64,000 nt of DNA from NCBI GenBank assembly GCA_963741945.1, contig CAVUKA010000003.1:787998-851997 (forward strand), in the 5' to 3' direction. Each line of letters opens with the position of its first letter. The first letter of the stretch is position 1. Shown here in pieces: positions 59,819-64,000 of the stretch. The position numbers and the translations under genes were made by a program. The DNA comes from an uncultured Gemmatimonadales bacterium (GTDB lineage: Bacteria > Gemmatimonadota > Gemmatimonadetes > Longimicrobiales > RSA9). The notes under the pieces were generated by a model. It made no database searches, was not told where the DNA came from, and was given only the letters and a program-made list of their open reading frames with translations.

Positions 59819-62505
59819 GACTCCGGCTCTGCGTCCGCGGACAGCCCCTCCGCGCTCGGCTCCGCCGACAGCGCCTCGCCGGCCGCTTCGTCGCCGATCA
59901 ATTCGTCGCCGATCAACTCGCCGTCGATCGCCTCGTCGTCCTCCGGGACCAGCCGCGCCACGTCCATCACTTCGTCCGCCTCGTCCAGCGCGATCAGGCG
60001 CACGCCCTGCGTGTTGCGACCGATGACCCGGATCTCGGACACCGACTGCCGATTCACCACGCCGTTGCGCGTGATCATGACCAGCTCGTCATCCGGGTTG
60101 ACGCCCTTGATCGACACCACCTTCCCCGTCTTGCTCGTCGTCCGGATGTTGATCACGCCCTTCCCGCCCCGGCCCTGCAGACGGTAGTCGTCGATCCGGC
60201 TTCGCTTCCCGAGCCCCCGCTCCGTCACCACCAGCAGCGTGGGCTCCCCCTCGACTCCCGCTGCCGGCGGCTCCGCCGGCGACGCCCCGTCACCCGCCAG
60301 CGCGGCCGCTTCCTCGTCCGCCGCCGTGCCGGCCGCCGACGTGGCTCCGCCCGCCTCGCCGATCGCCGCGGCGCCCGGGCGGACCACGACCATGCCGACC
60401 ACGTAGTCGTCCTTCATCAGGCGGATGCCCCGGACGCCGGTGGTGGCCCGCCCCATCTGCCGGACGTCATCCTCCTGGAAGCGGATGGCCATGCCCTCGT
60501 GCGTGGCCAGGATCACCTGGTCGTCGCCCGACGTGATCTGGACATCGATCAGCTCATCGCCCTCCAGCACGTTGATGGCGTTCACGCCCGTGACGCGGAT
60601 GTGCTGGTATGCGCTGAGCGCGCTCTTCTTCACCACGCCGCGACGCGTGGTGAACAGCAGGTTCAGCTCGTCGCTGAACTCGCGCACGGGGACCACCGCG
60701 GCGATGGCCGCCTCCGGCCCGAGCTGGAGCAGGTTGATGATCGGCTTCCCCCTCGCGGCGCGGCCGACCTGCGGGATCTGGTGCACTTTCAGCCAGTAGC
60801 ACTGGCCGCGGCGGGTGAACACCATGAGGTAGTCGTGGGTCTGCGCCAGGAACAGGTGCTCGACCCAGTCTTCCTCCTTCGTGTTCATCCCCATCAGCCC
60901 CCGCCCGCCCCGGCGCTGCGTCCGGTACGTGTCCAGCGGGAGGCGCTTGACATACCCCGCGTGGGAGATGGTGACGACCATGGGCTCGTCGGGGATCAGG
61001 TCCTCGATGGACAGGTCGACACTGTCGCCCACGATCTGGGTCCGCCGGTCGTCGCCGTACTTGTCCGCCAGCTCCTGGAGCTCGTCCTTGATGATCTGGA
61101 AGCGGCGAGCCTGGTTGGACAGGATGTCCTCCAGGTCCTCGATGGTGGCCAGGACCTGCCGGATCTCCTCTTCCAGCTTCTCGATCTCCAGCCCCGTGAG
61201 GCGGGCCAGGCGCATGTCCAGGATCGCCCGCGCCTGCGCCTCGCTCAGCTCGAACTCCGACATGAGGGAGCCGCGCGCTTCCTCCGTGTCGCTCGAGCCG
61301 CGGACGATCTCGATCACGCGGTCGATGTTGTCGACGGCGATCTTCAGCCCCTGGAGGATGTGCTCGCGCGCCCGGGCCTGCGCCAGGTCGTGCTCGCTCC
61401 GGCGCACGATCACTGTGTGGCGATGATCGATGAAGTGGCGGAGCAGCTCCTTCAGGCTCATGACCCGCGGCACGCCATTGTCCAGCGCCAGCATGATCAC
61501 GCCGAACGTGGACTGCATCTGCGTGTGCTTGAACAGCTGGTTCAGCACGATGTAGGGGATGGCGTCGCGCTTGAGCTCGATCACCACGCGCATTCCGTCC
61601 CGGTCGCTCTCGTCGCGCAGGTCCCGGATGTCCGTGATCCGCTTGTCGCGCACCAGCTGCGCCATCTGCTCGATCATGCGCGCCTTGTTCACCATGTACG
61701 GGATCTCGTGGACGATGATCCGGCTGCTGCCGTCGTCGTCCTCCTCGATCTGCGCTTTCGCCCGCATGATGATCCGGCCCCGCCCCGTCTCGTACGCCTC
61801 ACGGATCCCGTCGCGACCATGGATGAACCCGCCCGTGGGCAGGTCCGGGCCGCGCACGTGCTCCATCAGGTCCGCCACCGTGCACTCCGGGTTGTCCACC
61901 AGGTGCTGCGCCGCCGCCACCACTTCACGCAGGTTGTGCGGCGGGATGTTCGTGGCCATCCCCACCGCGATCCCGGACGCCCCGTTCACCAGCAGGTTCG
62001 GCAGCTTCGACGGCAGGACCACCGGCTCCTCGCGCTGGTCGTCGAACGTGGGCGTGAAGCCCACGGTGTCCTTGTCGATGTCCGCCAGCAGCTCCTGCGC
62101 GATGGCCTGGAGCCTCGCCTCCGTGTACCGGTACGCCGCGGCGTTGTCGCCATCGATGGAGCCGAAGTTCCCCTGCCCGTCCACCAGCGGGTAGCGCAGC
62201 GAGAAGGACTGGACCATCCGCACCATGGCGTCGTACACCGCCGAGTCGCCGTGCGGGTGGTACTTCCCCAGCACTTCGCCCACCACGTTCGCGCTCTTCT
62301 TGTACGGCCGCGTGGGGCCCAGACCCAGCTCGCTCATGGCGTACAGGATCCGCCGGTGCACCGGCTTCAGACCGTCCCGCACGTCCGGCAGCGCCCGCTG
62401 CACGATCACGCTCATCGAGTAGTCCAGGAAGGACTCCCGCATCTCCTCCTCGATGAGGCGAGGAAGGACTTTCGACTGCGTTCCGGGCATGTCCGGAGTG
62501 TCCAT
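59815..62505 (-). CDS. gyrA: DNA gyrase subunit A
   Basis: [30 protein letters not shown], GyrA-box QRRGGRG. Start ATG 62505 or TTG 62511. Confidence 0.97.
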   Translation of the reverse strand: MDTPDMPGTQSKVLPRLIEEEMRESFLDYSMSVIVQRALPDVRDGLKPVHRRILYAMSELGLGPTRPYKKSANVVGEVLGKYHPHGDSAVYDAMVRMVQSFSLRYPLVDGQGNFGSIDGDNAAAYRYTEARLQAIAQELLADIDKDTVGFTPTFDDQREEPVVLPSKLPNLLVNGASGIAVGMATNIPPHNLREVVAAAQHLVDNPECTVADLMEHVRGPDLPTGGFIHGRDGIREAYETGRGRIIMRAKAQIEEDDDGSSRIIVHEIPYMVNKARMIEQMAQLVRDKRITDIRDLRDESDRDGMRVVIELKRDAIPYIVLNQLFKHTQMQSTFGVIMLALDNGVPRVMSLKELLRHFIDHRHTVIVRRSEHDLAQARAREHILQGLKIAVDNIDRVIEIVRGSSDTEEARGSLMSEFELSEAQARAILDMRLARLTGLEIEKLEEEIRQVLATIEDLEDILSNQARRFQIIKDELQELADKYGDDRRTQIVGDSVDLSIEDLIPDEPMVVTISHAGYVKRLPLDTYRTQRRGGRGLMGMNTKEEDWVEHLFLAQTHDYLMVFTRRGQCYWLKVHQIPQVGRAARGKPIINLLQLGPEAAIAAVVPVREFSDELNLLFTTRRGVVKKSALSAYQHIRVTGVNAINVLEGDELIDVQITSGDDQVILATHEGMAIRFQEDDVRQMGRATTGVRGIRLMKDDYVVGMVVVRPGAAAIGEAGGATSAAGTAADEEAAALAGDGASPAEPPAAGVEGEPTLLVVTERGLGKRSRIDDYRLQGRGGKGVINIRTTSKTGKVVSIKGVNPDDELVMITRNGVVNRQSVSEIRVIGRNTQGVRLIALDEADEVMDVARLVPEDDEAIDGELIGDELIGDEAAGEALSAEPSAEGLSADAEPES

Positions 62506-62642
62506 CGGCAACCGTTTTCTTGAATGAGTCGAGTCGGGGGGCCGGCCGGTTGACCGGCAACCCCGTAATTTAGCCAGTTTCCAGGGTTTCTGCGAGTCAT
62601 TCGTCGTACACCTCCGGGCCTCCGAAGTTCACGCGCGCGCGC

Positions 62643-62816
62643 GCGGAGAACGGCGGAGAGGCGGAGAGAGGCGGAGAGGCGGAGAGGCGGAGAGGCGGAG
62701 AGGCGGAGAGGCGGAGAGGCGGAGAGGCGGAGAGGCGGAGAGCGCGGAGAGGCGGAGAGGCGGAGAGGCGGAGAGGCGGAGAGGCGGAGAGGCGGAGAGC
62801 GGCGGAGAGCGCGGAG
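62643..62816 (+). repeat. 8-bp tandem array (GCGGAGAG)n
   Basis: 19 exact copies counted from 62653 to 62809, with short interruptions and degenerate flanks. Confidence 0.95.
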
Positions 62817-63107
62817 GAACAGCGGTTCACGCGGAGCCGCGGAGAACGCGGAGGTCCGGCGGCGAGGGCCGGGAGACGGACTCGCCCGGGCGGCTTCCGG
62901 GGGATTCTCTTTTGTTTGTGCCGCGCGCGGCTACGGTGGCGGCATGGCGGGCCCCGCGGGGGATGCCGGGATCACGGTGGAGCGTCGGAGGGAGCGGAGG
63001 AACAGCGATTCACGCGGAGTCGCGGAGAACGCGGAGGGTCCGGCGGCGCGGGCCGGGAGACGGACTGGCCCGGGCGGCTTCCGGGGGATTCTCTCTTGTT
63101 TCTGCCG
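62811..63107 (+). repeat. Repeat family A: two ~113-bp direct repeats (62811-62923, 62994-63107)
   Basis: Near-identical copies, each containing CACGCGGAGyCGCGGAGAACGCGGAG. Confidence 0.92.
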
Positions 63108-63122
63108 GGCGCGTTGACACCG

Positions 63123-63449
63123 CCCGGCCACTCGGGGGACCCCGGGGGTCCTCCGCGTCCTCCGCGGCTCCGCGGCTCCGCGTGGAATGGTGTATCGGAG
63201 CGCTCGGTGGCGGCGGAGGCTGGCACCGCTCGGCATGCCCCGGCCACTCGGGGCAACCCGGGGGTTCTCCGCGTCCTCCGCGGCTCCGCGTGGAACGGTG
63301 TATCGGAGCGCTCGGTGGCGGCGGAGGCTGGCACCGCCCGGCATGCCCCGGCCGCTCGAAGCAGCCCGGGGGTCCTCCGCGTCCTTCGCGGCTCCGCGTG
63401 GAATGGTGTATCGGAGCGATCGGTGGCGGCGGAGGCTCGCGCCGCCCGG
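63123..63449 (-). repeat. Repeat family B: three tandem ~108-116-bp units
   Basis: Units start at ~63123, 63239 and 63347. Each carries CTCCGCGTCCTyCGCGGCTCCGCGTG (core motif in reverse orientation). Confidence 0.92.
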
Positions 63450-63452
63450 ACG

Positions 63453-63923
63453 CTAGGAATTGACCCGGAGTCGGGAACCGGAGTCGGGGACGTAGCCGTT
63501 CACGATGCGGGAGATGCCCTCCTTCATGGTGGGCGCGCCGAAATTGAGGAGGAGGGCGACCTGCAGGTCCATCAGGCGGAGATACGTGAAGGTCTGCCGG
63601 CGGTGGACCGGAAGCAGGTGCTCCACCGCCTTGACCTCCACCACCACGATCTCGTTGATCAGCAGGTCCACCGTGAGCGCGCCGTCGAAACGGAGGCCGT
63701 CGTATTCGAACGTGACCGGCCGCTGGCGCTCCACCCGCAGTCCACGCCGCGCCAGGTCCTTCGCCAGCAGCCGCTCGTACACCGACTCCAGCAGCCCCGG
63801 CCCCAGCCCCCGGTGCAGCCAGTAGGCGGCATCTACGATCTCCGCCGTGATCACATCCGTTCCGGGCACGACTTCGACGATTCCGCAGTCGTGTCCCCCG
63901 CCCGCCTCACCACTCCCCTTCAT
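63453..63923 (-). CDS. GxxExxY protein (PD-(D/E)xK nuclease-like family)
   Basis: LGPGLLESVYE, VDLLINEIVVVEVK, Q..TYL, LLLNFG. Start may be a downstream GTG. Confidence 0.93.
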   Translation of the reverse strand: MKGSGEAGGGHDCGIVEVVPGTDVITAEIVDAAYWLHRGLGPGLLESVYERLLAKDLARRGLRVERQRPVTFEYDGLRFDGALTVDLLINEIVVVEVKAVEHLLPVHRRQTFTYLRLMDLQVALLLNFGAPTMKEGISRIVNGYVPDSGSRLRVNS

Positions 63924-63932
63924 GGCTCCTCA

Positions 63933-64000
63933 CGCAGTTCCCTCCGCGCTCTCCGCGCCTCCGCGTGACCGCAGTTCCTCCGCGCTCTCCGCGCCCTCCG
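63933..64000 (-). repeat. Two further core-motif copies upstream of the GxxExxY gene (second truncated by window end)
   Basis: CTCCGCGCTCTCCGCGCCTCCGCGTG at 63942-63967 and from 63978, each preceded by CGCAGTTC. Confidence 0.88.

Noticed and set aside
62811-63449. CRISPR array
   Set aside because: Sequences between the cores are themselves repeated rather than unique spacers, orientation flips midway, and no cas genes are visible.
62597-63463. ORFs across the repeats (e.g. LRLSASPP repeats, 62912-63463)
   Set aside because: Translations simply mirror DNA repeats whose 8-bp period is not codon-phased. No protein features.

Overview
A 64-kb window of a high-GC bacterial chromosome. 16S signatures and the dnaE-accA-ricT-metG order suggest Gemmatimonadota (inference, not database-checked). 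The left part is accessory-like: a receiver/KaiC-like ATPase/GAF histidine kinase module, a sirtuin and an O-methyltransferase (1.7-5.0 kb carries several frameshifts, likely sequencing indels), two M1 peptidases, a Ca2+/H+ exchanger, an 8-gene gas-vesicle-type operon with a sigma54-like promoter that runs into a PAS histidine kinase, an amidase, ArsR-SRPBCC and tandem CPA2 antiporters. The middle holds a stand-alone tRNA-Ile, an S8 protease, ric, an unlinked 16S rRNA gene (tandem promoters, processing stem, terminator, no 23S) and a small, extremely acidic Trp-spaced ORF. The right part is mostly housekeeping (typA, dnaE, accA, ricT, metG, FadJ-like, DsbA/VKOR, gyrA). The last 1.4 kb is the most unusual: a GxxExxY PD-(D/E)xK-type nuclease gene flanked on both sides by a ~26-bp (CGCGGAG)x3 motif. 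The motif is built into two oppositely oriented ~110-bp repeat families and an 8-bp tandem array, making this a candidate REP/RAYT-like nuclease-plus-repeat system.
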